Assembly (NCBI GenBank): GCA_910587035.1
Contig: CAJUMQ010000012.1
Location: 3,184-67,183 of the forward strand
DNA: 64,000 nucleotides
Direction: 5' to 3'
Origin: an uncultured Desulfovibrio sp.
GTDB taxonomy: Bacteria; Desulfobacterota; Desulfovibrionia; Desulfovibrionales; Desulfovibrionaceae
The stretch's first letter is position 1; every line of letters starts with the position of its first letter. The position numbers and the translations under genes are program-made. The notes beneath the pieces are model-generated. The model saw only the letters and a program-made list of their open reading frames with translations, searched no databases and was not told where the DNA came from. Positions 51,198-61,977 of this stretch are shown here, in pieces.

Positions 51198-51494
51198 GAG
51201 GGCAGAATGGGGAAATTCCAGGAACTACACGTATAAATCTGAAAGTGTTCCAGAGCGAGGCATGCTTTGCTGCGTCTGCCTTTTGGACTGCTCCGCTCAG
51301 CCAGTATTTTATGTTTTCCTGATGTCCATTGGCTTTTTCAACTGTTCATATCCGGATGGCGTGCGCCTTGCGAAATCATCCATAAAAAACTCTGATTTCT
51401 TCATGGGTTTTTGGATGATTTATCGCTCCTCATTTTAAGAAATTTTTTAGATGCGTCAGACATGGGGCATCATGTCGTCATGGTTGGGCACGGA

Positions 51495-52358
51495 TTAAAA
51501 ATATATGCCCACTATGATTCCTGCCAGCACCAGAGGAGATATGACGCTGTTTAGGGTAAAGAAGGCCATATTGATATATTTGAGATCCTCCGGATTGACC
51601 AGTTTATGTTCGATGGCCAGTAAAATGGCTATGGCTGCGCAAAGGGCATACCATGGCCAGCCAAGGTTTGCCTCAAGGCCAGTCAACAAGAGAAAAATGA
51701 CTGTGACAATATGCGAAAATCCTGCAAGTTTGAGCGCCGTATCCGCACCATAATCAGCCGGAATCGAATGGGTGCCGCTTCTCTGGTCATAATCCAGATC
51801 CTGAAAGGCATAATAGATGTCAAAGGCGCCCACCCAGAAGGTTACGGACAGTGACAGCAGGATGGCGGAAATCCCCAGCGATGTCGGGTTTATGGCCAGC
51901 CAGCCTGCAATGGGCGCAAGACCCAGCGTGGCGCCAAGCCAGAAGTGGCAGATGGGGGTGAATCTTTTCATATAGCTGTATAAGGCTGCGAATATCAGGG
52001 CAGGCACCGAAAGTATAAGACAGATGGTATTGATAAGAGCGCAGGCACCTATAAAAATAACTGCCATAATCAATGAAAACAGCCATGCCTGGGCGACAGA
52101 TATTTCGCCGGTTACAAGAGGCCGGCTGCTTGTACGGGGATTGTGGCGATCATTTTCCAGATCGGCAATGCGGTTGAATGTCATGGCAAATGAACGGACA
52201 GCGACCATGGCCACTGTGAGCCAGATAAGCGTCATTATTGGCGGCATCCCTTTGCATGCGAGAAATGATCCCGCCCAGGCATAGGGCAGAGCGAATATTG
52301 AGTGCTCAATCTTAATCATGCGACAGATGGCGCGTATGGCATTCCAATATCCCGTCAT
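51495..52358 (-). CDS. UbiA-family prenyltransferase (MqnP-like)
   Basis: IK.EHS.FALP, NR..D..D..NPRT..R, YSY.KR, FDI.YA.QD..D. Confidence 0.9.
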   Translation of the reverse strand: MTGYWNAIRAICRMIKIEHSIFALPYAWAGSFLACKGMPPIMTLIWLTVAMVAVRSFAMTFNRIADLENDRHNPRTSSRPLVTGEISVAQAWLFSLIMAVIFIGACALINTICLILSVPALIFAALYSYMKRFTPICHFWLGATLGLAPIAGWLAINPTSLGISAILLSLSVTFWVGAFDIYYAFQDLDYDQRSGTHSIPADYGADTALKLAGFSHIVTVIFLLLTGLEANLGWPWYALCAAIAILLAIEHKLVNPEDLKYINMAFFTLNSVISPLVLAGIIVGIYF

Positions 52359-52581
52359 TTGATCCTCCGAGAAAAGATATTATGCGGCAACAGGGGCCAC
52401 AAACCTGCGCATATGGTTGCTTTGCCATATCCGCCAGTAAATTGCGCTGAAGCATGCTTCAACCCAATGCCAATTTGACCTGAGTTCTGGCGCGGATATG
52501 TAGCGCCGACATTTAATCAAAAGTAAAAGCTTTGATGGCGAAGGCGCATGTCTGTAAACCTTTTGCATCATTTGCCGACTA

Positions 52582-52728
52582 TATAGCGTGTATCTGTTGA
52601 AATTGTCCCAATTTCAACCATGCGGCCTGGCGCTTTACAGCAAAGCGCGGTTTTGCTGTCCGCTATTGGCCGATTCGTCCGCTCTCGCGGGCGGCCGCCA
52701 GGGTCTGTTTTCAATAGCATTTGCTATG
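52582..52728 (+). repeat. Intergenic MITE-like repeat, copy D
   Basis: Ends tatagcgtgtatctgttgaaa / tttcaatagcatttgctatg; homologous to reverse complement of 28700-28847. Confidence 0.8.
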
Positions 52729-52864
52729 TATGCAGTCTATTTTGACTTTTTATTCATCCCGGCATGGGAAGTTCTTTTGTTCGTGAACAGGAAATGCACT
52801 CCATGAAATGGATGAGCATGGCACACTGGAATTTCTTTTAGCCTAAACCATATCAGTTCTGGTC

Positions 52865-53012
52865 CGGGGCATTTGCCGATTGAAAATAGGCAAATGCGAG
52901 GCGCTTCTTCCGAAGCGCCCGCGCAAAATTGAGCGGGAAAAATTTAATTTTTCCGCGAAATGCCAGCGTATATGGTTGAAATGCGTAGAGCGTTCAACTG
53001 ATGAATGCTCTA
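52865..53012 (-). repeat. Intergenic MITE-like repeat, copy E
   Basis: Reverse complement (tagagcattcatcagttgaa...tttcaatcggcaaatgcccc) aligns with 13852-13997. Confidence 0.8.
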
Positions 53013-53070
53013 AGATATTGCATTTACCGGGGTTGGACTTATAGCGTTAAAGAACAAATGGCACAAGCGC

Positions 53071-53122
53071 CCTGGTCTGATGCAGTGTTTTTACTGCAGT
53101 AAAAACACTGCATCAGACCAGG
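53071..53122. repeat. Perfect 52-bp palindrome with no spacer
   Basis: cctggtctgatgcagtgtttttactg|cagtaaaaacactgcatcagaccagg. Confidence 0.95.
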
Positions 53123-53138
53123 TTGAATGGAGGTCGGC

Positions 53139-53639
53139 ATGACCACACGCAGCAAAGACGATACCAGCGGACTCCATGCCCTGGGCTCAGGTTCAATGAA
53201 CCTTTCTGGAGATGGCCCGGGGATTCATCTGCTGGAGGCTTTTCCCAACCGTTTTCAGGACAGGTTTTATGTTGTCAGCATTTCATTTCCGGAGTTCACA
53301 TCTCTTTGTCCAGTAACGGGCCAACCGGATTTTGGGACCATAGTGATGGAGTATATTCCGTCCAATTTATGTGTGGAATCCAAAAGTTTTAAATTGTATA
53401 TGTTTGCCTATCGCAATCATCAATCATTTATGGAGACAATAACAAACAGCATTCTTGATGACATGGTAAAATTGCTTGACCCTGCATGGTGCAGGATAAG
53501 AGGGCTGTTTGCGCCAAGAGGGGCCACACGCATCAATGTGTACGCCGAACATTTTGGAAAATTGAACGGGGAGAATGAAACCATGCTGAGGTCCGCAGTG
53601 GCAGCATGGAAAGCCGAGACTCATCCCCTGCTTCCCTAG
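53139..53639 (+). CDS. queF: NADPH-dependent preQ0 reductase, short type
   Basis: PEFTSLCPVTGQPDF, VESKS.KLY, F.PRG; GGAGG RBS. Confidence 0.95.
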   Translation: MTTRSKDDTSGLHALGSGSMNLSGDGPGIHLLEAFPNRFQDRFYVVSISFPEFTSLCPVTGQPDFGTIVMEYIPSNLCVESKSFKLYMFAYRNHQSFMETITNSILDDMVKLLDPAWCRIRGLFAPRGATRINVYAEHFGKLNGENETMLRSAVAAWKAETHPLLP

Positions 53640-53708
53640 GAGGCAGGTTTGCACTGCAATAACGCATATTCGGGAGGCCAGATGGCAAAACTCTGGCAAA
53701 GCATATAA

Positions 53709-54734
53709 ATGTCCAATTCCATACGTTCTCATCGCCGTGTGGCTGCTCTGGTTATCTGGGTGGCAGGGCTTATTCTTTTTATTTGCCTCGGTGTCTGGAA
53801 TCTGGAAAGTAGCCGCAGGGATGCCGAAAACAGGCTTATCAGCGAAGCTGGCCGGGCCGCTTCCCAGCTTGCGAGCCTGCTTTCAGCATCTGTCCTGGAA
53901 CCCGATGAAATATCTGTTCGCGCTGTTGTTTCCGGAGCCATGGATGATGACAGGATATACGCCATAAAAGTTGACAGTGACCACGGCATGATTGAAGGCC
54001 AGCGGCGCAACTATATGTGGGAGCCTGTGCCCTGGGACGATGAAATTGCTGAAAACTCGGTGCAGGGCATGAATACCTTCAAGGTGGATGGTCAGCCGGC
54101 TGGCACTGTAAATGTTTGGCTTTCGCCACGCCTGAATGATGAAGAGGACAGCCTGCTCGCAAATCGTGAGATCTTGCGTTTCATCCTCGCAGCTGCCATG
54201 TGGACTGGCGCTCTGTTGCTCCTGCTTTGGTATTGGGGGGATTTTCGCCGCTTTGGGAGTGCCCTGGGCGAAAAAACCGCCACACCCAGCGCCACCCCCC
54301 ATACTGATGCCCTGGCCGCAGAAGGAAAAGCCAATGCAGCCGCCGCAAATTCCGAAAATGGCGATAATGAACCGGTGATAGACGCCCGCCTTGGGCGCAG
54401 GCATCAGCGCAGAAATATGGATGCCTGGCTCGTCACCGCCGGCATGTTCCGGCAGACCTTTGCCAGGGGGCCTGCCCTTATCAGCAGATTGTATGCGGAG
54501 GGAGAGACTGCGGGGTTATGCCATCTTGGCCGCATGCTGGAACAGGCCGCCCCGTGTGTCGGCGCATCAAGACTTGCCAGGGCCGCCCATAAAATGCAGG
54601 AAGCCCTGAATGATCCAGACTGCCAGGCAAGGGCAATGCCTGTGGAAGAATGCGCAAAGGCTCTGGATGAGGTCCTCAATGCACTTTGCGGCAATGGTCA
54701 ATGGCGTTCCAAGCCAGGTAGCATAAGGAGCTGA
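53709..54734 (+). CDS. Two-TM sensor-like protein with C-terminal Hpt-like domain
   Basis: Two hydrophobic helices flanking an extracytoplasmic domain; C-terminal 'GRMLEQAAPCVGA..L...A..MQ..L' resembles HxLKG..xxGA Hpt pattern. Confidence 0.55.
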   Translation: MSNSIRSHRRVAALVIWVAGLILFICLGVWNLESSRRDAENRLISEAGRAASQLASLLSASVLEPDEISVRAVVSGAMDDDRIYAIKVDSDHGMIEGQRRNYMWEPVPWDDEIAENSVQGMNTFKVDGQPAGTVNVWLSPRLNDEEDSLLANREILRFILAAAMWTGALLLLLWYWGDFRRFGSALGEKTATPSATPHTDALAAEGKANAAAANSENGDNEPVIDARLGRRHQRRNMDAWLVTAGMFRQTFARGPALISRLYAEGETAGLCHLGRMLEQAAPCVGASRLARAAHKMQEALNDPDCQARAMPVEECAKALDEVLNALCGNGQWRSKPGSIRS

Positions 54735-54736
54735 AC

Positions 54737-56095
54737 ATGGGATTTTTTTCCGCTGTCAAAAAATTCTTTGGTGCCAAGGATGAGGCCGACGCGCCAGCTC
54801 AGGATGCTGTCTCTACCCAGCAGCCAGAGGCACAGGTATCGGTTGCCCAGCATGCAGATGACAATGAGAATGATGCCTTGCTCGTGCGCCTGCGCTCGGT
54901 CGAACCCAGGCTGTCAAACTGGCTGGAGATAATACTTGAAGATGTCCCTGTAACAAATGATCTGTTCTGGAACAGACTCAGATTTCTGCTATCGGCCCTG
55001 CAGGCTCCTCAGGACGAAACTGATGTTTTTCTAAAGGCGTTCCAGGACTGGCTTGAACGCATGGAATATTCCCATGTGGACGAATTCCGCTCCGAACTTC
55101 AATACCGCCTTGCGCTTGCGCTGGATCTTGAGGATGAGGAAGATGAGCGCAACCGTCTCATGCTCAAGCTCAGGGATGGACTCGCCCGAACCAGGGAGCA
55201 GTTGTCGCGGGGGCTGGACAATCTGTTTTCAAGCCATGGGCAGCTTGACCAGCATTTCTGGGATGAGCTGGAAGAACTGTTTATCATGGCTGATCTTGGC
55301 TATGAGACATCCATAAAGATGGTGGAAAGACTCCGTGAAAGGGCGGCAAAGGAAAAGATTACCGACCCCCAGGCGGCGAGAGGGCTGTTGCGGCTGGAAC
55401 TTGAGGAAATTTTCCGCCTGCCTCCCGGAATACGCGCAGTTAATAAACCGGAAGTTGTGCTGATGATAGGCGTTAATGGTGTTGGCAAAACCACCACCAT
55501 TGCCAAACTTGCCTACAGGGAAAAACTTCTGGGCAAAAAAGTGCTCATTGCTGCAGCCGATACATTCAGGGCGGCAGCAGTTGAACAGCTGGGAGTCTGG
55601 GCAGACAGGGTAGGGGCAAGATTTCATGCTCGGGAACCCGGGGCCGACCCTGCATCTGTGGCATGGGAAGCCATGGACATAGCCCTGAGGGAAAACTTTG
55701 ATATTGTTTTTATTGACACAGCGGGCCGGTTGCAAACCAAAGTGAATCTCATGGAGGAGCTGTCCAAAATCCGCCAGGTGATAGGGAAAAAACATCCGGG
55801 GGCGCCCCATCGCAACATTCTTGTTCTGGATGCCACAACTGGTCAGAACGCACTCTCTCAGGCAAAACTCTTCAAGGATGCGGCGGGAGTGAATGAGCTT
55901 ATTCTCACCAAACTGGATGGCACCGCCAAGGGAGGAGTCGCCATCGCCGTTGCTATGCAGGAAAAGTTGCCAATAACCTTTGTGGGACTGGGTGAGAAAA
56001 TGGAGGATTTGCGGCCATTTAACGGAGATGACTTTGCCCGGGCTCTTGTGGGTGGCGACAAAAACGAATATGGAGCAGCCAAAGAAAGCAAATAA
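54737..56095 (+). CDS. ftsY: Signal recognition particle receptor FtsY
   Basis: [39 protein letters not shown]. Confidence 0.97.
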   Translation: MGFFSAVKKFFGAKDEADAPAQDAVSTQQPEAQVSVAQHADDNENDALLVRLRSVEPRLSNWLEIILEDVPVTNDLFWNRLRFLLSALQAPQDETDVFLKAFQDWLERMEYSHVDEFRSELQYRLALALDLEDEEDERNRLMLKLRDGLARTREQLSRGLDNLFSSHGQLDQHFWDELEELFIMADLGYETSIKMVERLRERAAKEKITDPQAARGLLRLELEEIFRLPPGIRAVNKPEVVLMIGVNGVGKTTTIAKLAYREKLLGKKVLIAAADTFRAAAVEQLGVWADRVGARFHAREPGADPASVAWEAMDIALRENFDIVFIDTAGRLQTKVNLMEELSKIRQVIGKKHPGAPHRNILVLDATTGQNALSQAKLFKDAAGVNELILTKLDGTAKGGVAIAVAMQEKLPITFVGLGEKMEDLRPFNGDDFARALVGGDKNEYGAAKESK

Positions 56096-56664
56096 TGTTT
56101 TTTTATTAATTTTATAAAAAAACTTGACGATCCAGGATATTTAATCTAAATATCTTCTGCTTCACAATATGGAGCATTCCCTGAACGGCAGGGGAGAGCG
56201 TCATGGTACGCTCTTATGCGCCTTATGCCAAAGGCAAAAGGTTTGACATTCGCAGGCGTTGCCAGATGCCTTGAGATGTCCAGCCGTTCCAGCCCAAGCG
56301 GAACCCGCCAATAGAATTTCTGTTGGCTCCAGGGCTGTAAGGTTAAGGGTAAGACACCCTGGTGAGCCTGCATGGTTTAATGCCGGAGTACCGGTATATG
56401 CCGCGCCGGGCTTGGCTTTTTGATGACATTGTAAAATGTGTCAGAAAGCGAAATGAGCCATATGGTCGCGGTTTTTTTGTTTTTCGGCGCCGGAATGCCG
56501 GCATGGTCCCGCAATTGGCAGGGCGGGGCGGGTTAGTAAAATTGGGATCAACCTGTCCCAATATCCGGCTCTTTCGGGTTGGCTGCATTCTATGCCGGCC
56601 TGGGGAGTGCGCCAGATTGCGGAAACAGGCCGCGGTCGGGCATCAATCAATGGAGCAGGCAATA

Positions 56665-56982
56665 ATGACGACAGTCAGCAGTGATCGCATTCGCATAAAA
56701 CTGAAAGCCTATGATTACCGCATACTGGACAAGGCAGTGGCGGAGATAGTGGACACGGCGCGCAACACTGGCGCAAGCGTTGCCGGTCCGATTCCGTTGC
56801 CAACAAATATCCACAAATTCACAATCCAGCGATCTGTCCACGTCGACAAGAAATCCAGAGAGCAATTTGAAATGCGCATTCATAAGCGCCTCATGGATAT
56901 TCTGGAACCAACACAGCAGACAGTCGATGCATTGGGCAAACTTTCACTGCCTGCAGGCGTGGATGTGGAAATCAAGCTCTAG
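56665..56982 (+). CDS. rpsJ: 30S ribosomal protein S10
   Basis: [26 protein letters not shown]. Confidence 0.97.
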   Translation: MTTVSSDRIRIKLKAYDYRILDKAVAEIVDTARNTGASVAGPIPLPTNIHKFTIQRSVHVDKKSREQFEMRIHKRLMDILEPTQQTVDALGKLSLPAGVDVEIKL

Positions 56983-56994
56983 GAAGTTGCAGTC

Positions 56995-57624
56995 ATGGCA
57001 GAAAAATTGGGAATTTTAGGACGCAAGCTGGGAATGACGCGGATTTTTGCCGATGATGGTTCGGCCCTGGCGGTGACCGTCATACAAGCCGGCCCATGCC
57101 CTGTGACTCAGGTGAAATCCGAGGCAAAAGATGGTTACAATGCCTTGCAGATAGCTTTCTGGAAAACCACGGCCAAGCATGTCACCAAGCCGATGCAGGG
57201 GCATTTTGCCCAGGCAGATGCCGGTCTTTACAGACACACGCGGGAAATACGCCTTGCGGGCGCTCCGGACAAAAAGCTTGGCGATGAGCTGACAGTGGAA
57301 ATTTTTGCGCCGGGCGAAGTGGTCAAAGTGACAGGCAGGAGCGTGGGTAAAGGCTATCAGGGCCGTATGCGCCGCTGGAATTTTGCCGGTTCAAAGGATT
57401 CGCATGGTTGCGAAAAAGTGCATCGCAACAATGGCTCCATAGGCAATAACACCTTTCCCGGGCATGTGTTCAAGGGCCGTAAGATGGCAGGTCACTGGGG
57501 CGATGAGACGGTGACCGAGACAGGCCTGCTTGTGGTGGGCGTTCGGCCCGAGGACAATGTTATTCTTGTAAAAGGCACAGTACCTGGTCCCAAAAACGGC
57601 CTTGTGCTGATTCGCAAGCAGTAG
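56995..57624 (+). CDS. rplC: 50S ribosomal protein L3
   Basis: GRKLGMT, GKGYQG, KGRKMAG. Confidence 0.97.
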   Translation: MAEKLGILGRKLGMTRIFADDGSALAVTVIQAGPCPVTQVKSEAKDGYNALQIAFWKTTAKHVTKPMQGHFAQADAGLYRHTREIRLAGAPDKKLGDELTVEIFAPGEVVKVTGRSVGKGYQGRMRRWNFAGSKDSHGCEKVHRNNGSIGNNTFPGHVFKGRKMAGHWGDETVTETGLLVVGVRPEDNVILVKGTVPGPKNGLVLIRKQ

Positions 57625-57633
57625 GGGAAGCTG

Positions 57634-58266
57634 ATGGCCACAGTCAAGATATATGATCAGCATAAACAGGAAAGCGGCGAAATACTGCTTGCTCCTGAGG
57701 TTTTTGAAATCGAGGCCCGCCCCGAGATCCTGAATTTTGTGGTCAGGGCGCAAATGGCTGCCAGGCGCAGTGGCACACACAATGCAAAAACACGGGCCCA
57801 GGTTTCCGGTGGCGGCGTGAAGCCATGGAAACAGAAGGGTACGGGCCGGGCGCGCGCAGGGTCCAACCGCTCGCCTGTATGGCGCGGCGGCGCTGTGATA
57901 TTTGGCCCATCGCCAAGGGATTACAGTTTCAAGGTCAATAGCAAAATCAGGGCGCTTGCCCTGAAAATGGCTTTATCCAGCCGCCTTGCAGCCAATGATC
58001 TCATGGTGGTCAACCGAATGGAAATTGCCGAGCCCAAGACAAAACTGTTCGCAGCCATTGCCAAAGACCTGGATTTGAATCGCGCGCTGATTGTTTTGCC
58101 ACAAAAGGATGAAATGCTTATACGCGCAAGCAATAATATTCCTGGTCTTTCCATGACCACGCCAGACCAGTTAAACGTGCTGCAGGTATTGAAACACAAG
58201 CAGCTGGTGCTCTTGCAGGGCTCAGTTGAGCTAATTGAGGCGCGTTTTGCCGCGAGGGGGAAATAG
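57634..58266 (+). CDS. rplD: 50S ribosomal protein L4
   Basis: KPWKQKGTGRAR, WRGG..FGP.PR. Confidence 0.97.
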   Translation: MATVKIYDQHKQESGEILLAPEVFEIEARPEILNFVVRAQMAARRSGTHNAKTRAQVSGGGVKPWKQKGTGRARAGSNRSPVWRGGAVIFGPSPRDYSFKVNSKIRALALKMALSSRLAANDLMVVNRMEIAEPKTKLFAAIAKDLDLNRALIVLPQKDEMLIRASNNIPGLSMTTPDQLNVLQVLKHKQLVLLQGSVELIEARFAARGK

Positions 58267-58557
58267 ATGGATTTATCAGATGTGCTTATAAAGCCCCGGC
58301 TGACCGAAAAGATAACCATGCTGTCCGAAGATGCCAGACAGGTGGCTTTTATGGTTGATCCGCGCGCCAACAAAATTGAAATAAAAAAAGCGGTTGAAAA
58401 AGCCTTTGACGTGAAGGTTGAAGCTGTCAATATCATCTGTCGCAAACCGCGCCGGCGTATTCGCCAGGGCAGGGTGCGTGGACAGTACGAAGGCTTTAAA
58501 AAGGCCTATGTACAGCTTGCGGAAGGCAGTAAAATTGAGCTTTTTGAGGGGGTCTAG
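58267..58557 (+). CDS. rplW: 50S ribosomal protein L23
   Basis: TEK, ANK.EIK.AVE..F.V.V, KKAYV. Confidence 0.95.
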   Translation: MDLSDVLIKPRLTEKITMLSEDARQVAFMVDPRANKIEIKKAVEKAFDVKVEAVNIICRKPRRRIRQGRVRGQYEGFKKAYVQLAEGSKIELFEGV

Positions 58558-58559
58558 AA

Positions 58560-59408
58560 ATGGCTGTGCGCAAGCTTAAACCCACTTCTGCAGGGCGCAG
58601 GTTCCAGACTGTGTCCGATTTTGAGGAAATCACCCGCACCACCCCCGAAAAATCGCTTACCTCCGGCCTTTCCAAAAAGGCTGGTCGCAACAATCGCGGC
58701 CGGGTGACGAGCAGACGCCGTGGCGGCGGTGTGAAAAGGCTTTACCGCGAGATAGATTTCAAGCGCAACAAGAAGGGTGTGCCAGCCAGGGTGGCCGAGA
58801 TCGAGTATGATCCCAACAGGACAGCCCGCATTGCCCTGCTGCATTATGCGGATGGTGAAAAGCGGTACATTCTGGCACCGGTGGGTCTGAAACAGGGCGA
58901 TGTGGTCATGAGCGGCACAGATGCCCGCACCGGCCAGACTGCCGATATCAAACCTGGCAATGCACTGGAAATGTCCAAAATTCCTGTCGGTACAATCATC
59001 CACAATATTGAAATGATGCCTGGCAGAGGCGGACAGATGTGCCGCTCGGCAGGTTCATATGCCCAGCTTATAGCTAAAGAGGGCAAGTATGCCCTGCTCA
59101 GGCTGCCATCTGGTGAAGTGCGCAAGGTACTTGCCAGCTGTGTGGCCACCATTGGCCAGGTTGGCAATCTTTCCAATGAAAATGTCTCCCTTGGTAAAGC
59201 CGGGCGCAACCGCTGGCTTGGACGCCGCCCAAAGGTTCGTGGTGTTGCCATGAACCCCATTGACCATCCACTTGGCGGTGGCGAAGGTCGCAGTTCCGGT
59301 GGCAGACATCCTGTCTCGCCATGGGGTATGCCGGCCAAGGGTTACAAGACAAGAGACAAGAAGAAGGCATCCACCAGGCTCATTATCAAGCGTAGAGGCC
59401 AGAAGTAG
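58560..59408 (+). CDS. rplB: 50S ribosomal protein L2
   Basis: [23 protein letters not shown]. Confidence 0.98.
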   Translation: MAVRKLKPTSAGRRFQTVSDFEEITRTTPEKSLTSGLSKKAGRNNRGRVTSRRRGGGVKRLYREIDFKRNKKGVPARVAEIEYDPNRTARIALLHYADGEKRYILAPVGLKQGDVVMSGTDARTGQTADIKPGNALEMSKIPVGTIIHNIEMMPGRGGQMCRSAGSYAQLIAKEGKYALLRLPSGEVRKVLASCVATIGQVGNLSNENVSLGKAGRNRWLGRRPKVRGVAMNPIDHPLGGGEGRSSGGRHPVSPWGMPAKGYKTRDKKKASTRLIIKRRGQK

Positions 59409-59416
59409 GAGAAAAC

Positions 59417-59701
59417 ATGCCAAGATCACTAAAAAAAGGTCCTTTTATTGATGCGACTTTGCAGAAAAAGGTGGATGCGGCAGTTGCCAGTAATGACAGG
59501 CGTGTTCTCAAGACCTGGTCGCGCCGTTCAACAATACTGCCGGAAATGGTTGGTCTGACTTTTGCTGTGCACAATGGCAAAAAGTTTGTGCCCGTGTTTG
59601 TGACCGAGAATATGGTTGGCCACAAACTTGGCGAATTTTCGCCAACCCGCACCTTCCATGGCCATGCCGCGGACAAAAAGGCAAAAGCCGTCAAGAAGTA
59701 G
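59417..59701 (+). CDS. rpsS: 30S ribosomal protein S19
   Basis: [25 protein letters not shown]. Confidence 0.98.
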   Translation: MPRSLKKGPFIDATLQKKVDAAVASNDRRVLKTWSRRSTILPEMVGLTFAVHNGKKFVPVFVTENMVGHKLGEFSPTRTFHGHAADKKAKAVKK

Positions 59702-59710
59702 GGTGAAGTG

Positions 59711-60049
59711 ATGGAATCTAGAGCAATAGCAAGATATCAGCGTGTTTCACCACGCAAGGCGCGCCTGGTTGCCCGCAATGTGCAGGGCATGGCCGTAGAG
59801 GATGCCCTGAATCTCCTGCTTTTTACGCCCAACAAGCCTGCGGGAATAATTTATGGCGTTATGCGCAGCGCACTGGCCAATGCTGGCCAGATTGGCGGCA
59901 TGGATCCGGATAATCTGGTTGTGAAAGAGGTCATGGTCAATGAAGGGCCGGCCTGGAAGCGTTTTATGCCGCGCGCCCAGGGCCGCGCAACCCGTATTCG
60001 CAAACGCACAAGCCATATCACTGTAATTCTTTCCGAAGGGCGGGAATAG
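59711..60049 (+). CDS. rplV: 50S ribosomal protein L22
   Basis: SPRKARLVA, PRAQGRA..I.KRTSHIT. Confidence 0.97.
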   Translation: MESRAIARYQRVSPRKARLVARNVQGMAVEDALNLLLFTPNKPAGIIYGVMRSALANAGQIGGMDPDNLVVKEVMVNEGPAWKRFMPRAQGRATRIRKRTSHITVILSEGRE

Positions 60050-60052
60050 ATT

Positions 60053-60694
60053 ATGGGTCAAAAAGTACATCCTTTTGGATTCAGGCTGGGATATAATAAA
60101 AATTGGCAGTCGCGCTGGTTCAGCAAAAAGGAATATCCGGCCTTCGTTTTTGAGGACAATAAAATCCGCTCTTTTGTAAAGAAGCTTCTTTATAATGCCG
60201 GAATTGCCAAAATCGAAATCGAGCGCGCCGGCGGCAAAGTGCGTCTTATTCTTTCCACAGCCAGGCCAGGCATTGTCATTGGCCGCAAGGGTGTGGAAAT
60301 TGAAAAGTTGCGCAATGATCTGAAAAAGAGGTTTGGCAGGGAATTTTCCCTGGAAGTCAATGAAATCAGACGTCCAGAGATCGATGCCCAGCTTATTGCC
60401 GAAAACATAGCGCAGCAGCTTGAGCGTCGTGTCGCCTTTAGGCGCGCCATGAAAAGAACCGTCTCCATGGCACGCAAGTTTGGTGCTGAAGGCATTAAGG
60501 TAACCTGCTCGGGGCGTCTGGCCGGGGCCGAGATAGCAAGAACGGAATGGTACAGGGACGGTCGTGTGCCATTGCAGACCCTGCGGGCCAATATTGAGTT
60601 TGGCTTTGCCGAAGCCCATACCACCTACGGCATAATTGGCGTAAAAGTATGGGTGTACAAGGGTGAAATACTTGATAAAGAGGTGGAACAGTAA
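60053..60694 (+). CDS. rpsC: 30S ribosomal protein S3
   Basis: MGQKVHP.GFRLG, GRL.GAEIAR, GRVPL.TLRA. Confidence 0.98.
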   Translation: MGQKVHPFGFRLGYNKNWQSRWFSKKEYPAFVFEDNKIRSFVKKLLYNAGIAKIEIERAGGKVRLILSTARPGIVIGRKGVEIEKLRNDLKKRFGREFSLEVNEIRRPEIDAQLIAENIAQQLERRVAFRRAMKRTVSMARKFGAEGIKVTCSGRLAGAEIARTEWYRDGRVPLQTLRANIEFGFAEAHTTYGIIGVKVWVYKGEILDKEVEQ

Positions 60695-61107
60695 TGCTTG
60701 CGCCCAAAAAAGTTAAATATCGCAAATGGCAGAAGGGCCGTTTGCGCGGCCTGGCCACGCGCGGCGCTACCATAGCCTTTGGCGATATAGGTCTCAAGGC
60801 AATTCAGCATGGCCATTTGTCCAGCCAGCAGATTGAGGCCGCCCGTATTGCCATGATGCGCCACATAAAGCGTGGGGGCAAGGTCTGGATTAGGATATTC
60901 CCTGATCGGCCCGTTACAGCCAAGCCGTTGGAAACCAGACAGGGATCCGGCAAAGGCGCTCCTGTGGGTTGGTGCGCGCCAGTGAAACCGGGGCGCATTC
61001 TTTATGAAATCAAGGGCGTAAGCATGGATCTGGCGAAAGAGGCCTTGACCAGGGCTGCCCACAAACTGCCCATCAAGACGATAATTGTGGCAAGGGAGGG
61101 CTTCTGA
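60694..61107 (+). CDS. rplP: 50S ribosomal protein L16
   Basis: PK..KYRK, QIEAAR, RIFPD, KLP. Confidence 0.97.
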   Translation: MLAPKKVKYRKWQKGRLRGLATRGATIAFGDIGLKAIQHGHLSSQQIEAARIAMMRHIKRGGKVWIRIFPDRPVTAKPLETRQGSGKGAPVGWCAPVKPGRILYEIKGVSMDLAKEALTRAAHKLPIKTIIVAREGF

Positions 61108-61334
61108 TGGCCCTGGGTAAAAAGGATAAAAAGACACTTCCTGATGCCGCGGCCCTCAGGGCCATGAGCGCAACAGAGCTTGAAGCCATGTATGCGGCAG
61201 ATAAGGAAGAGCTGATGCGCGCTCGCTTTCAGCATGCCACAGCATCACTGGAAGATACCGCGTTTTTGAAGACTATGCGCCGCCAGATTGCCAGAGTGGC
61301 GACCATTCTTACTGAAAAGCGGGAGAATAGCTAA
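61107..61334 (+). CDS. rpmC: 50S ribosomal protein L29 (short N-terminal extension)
   Basis: LR.MS..EL, RFQ.AT..LE, RR.IAR..T; position between rplP and rpsQ. Confidence 0.9.
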   Translation: MALGKKDKKTLPDAAALRAMSATELEAMYAADKEELMRARFQHATASLEDTAFLKTMRRQIARVATILTEKRENS

Positions 61335-61598
61335 ATGAAGGCTCTTGAAAAACGCAAGGGCAGGGTCATGACCGGGGTTGTCGTCAGCGACAAGAATGAC
61401 AAAACCATTGTTGTCAGGGTGGAAACCCTTGTGAAACATCCCCTGCTTAAAAAGTATGTGCGCAGGCGCAAGAAGTTCACAGCGCATGATCCCGAGAATG
61501 CATGCGGTATGGGCGATATTGTCAAAATTGTGGAATACAGGCCCATGTCGCATAACAAGCGCTGGCATCTTGTATCCATCATAGAAAAGGCTGTATAG
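61335..61598 (+). CDS. rpsQ: 30S ribosomal protein S17
   Basis: GVVVSDK.DKTIVV, HP..KK, AHD, RP.S..K.W. Confidence 0.97.
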   Translation: MKALEKRKGRVMTGVVVSDKNDKTIVVRVETLVKHPLLKKYVRRRKKFTAHDPENACGMGDIVKIVEYRPMSHNKRWHLVSIIEKAV

Positions 61599-61608
61599 GG
61601 GGAGACAC

Positions 61609-61977
61609 ATGATCCAGGTAGAATCTACCCTTCAGGTGGCCGACAATTCCGGCGCCAAAAAGGTGGCCTGCATCAAGGTGCTTGGCGGCTCCCATCGCCG
61701 TTATGCCTCCCTTGGCGATATCATTATGGTGACTGTCAAGGAGGCCATGCCCCACAGCAAGGTCAAAAAAGGCGATGTCATGAAGGCTGTTATAGTGCGC
61801 ACTGCCAAGGAAGTAAGGCGCATGGATGGCAGTTATATAAAATTTGACGGCAATGCCGCAGTGCTTTTATCCAATCAGGGCGAACCTGTGGGCACGCGTA
61901 TTTTTGGGCCCGTGGCACGCGAACTTCGCGCCCAGAACTTCATGAAGATCATTTCCCTTGCCCCGGAAGTGCTCTAG
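61609..61977 (+). CDS. rplN: 50S ribosomal protein L14
   Basis: [27 protein letters not shown]. Confidence 0.98.
   Translation: MIQVESTLQVADNSGAKKVACIKVLGGSHRRYASLGDIIMVTVKEAMPHSKVKKGDVMKAVIVRTAKEVRRMDGSYIKFDGNAAVLLSNQGEPVGTRIFGPVARELRAQNFMKIISLAPEVL

Noticed and set aside
51230..51425. Possible degenerate repeat copy (…tttttcaactg…) and a hairpin aaatcatcca/tggatgattt between rpoZ and the ubiA-family gene; also checked for a tRNA
   Set aside because: Similarity to the repeat ends is too weak to call, and no tRNA cloverleaf or TTCGA T-loop is visible.
13852..53012. GTTGAAA/ATTGAAA motifs resembling CRISPR repeat 3' ends
   Set aside because: They occur as inverted ends and hairpins of dispersed elements, not as regularly spaced direct repeats with unique spacers; no cas genes are present.
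56362..56664. 101-aa N-terminal extension of S10 in the ORF track
   Set aside because: S10 homology starts at ATG 56665 with a GGAG upstream; the extension has no protein-like features.
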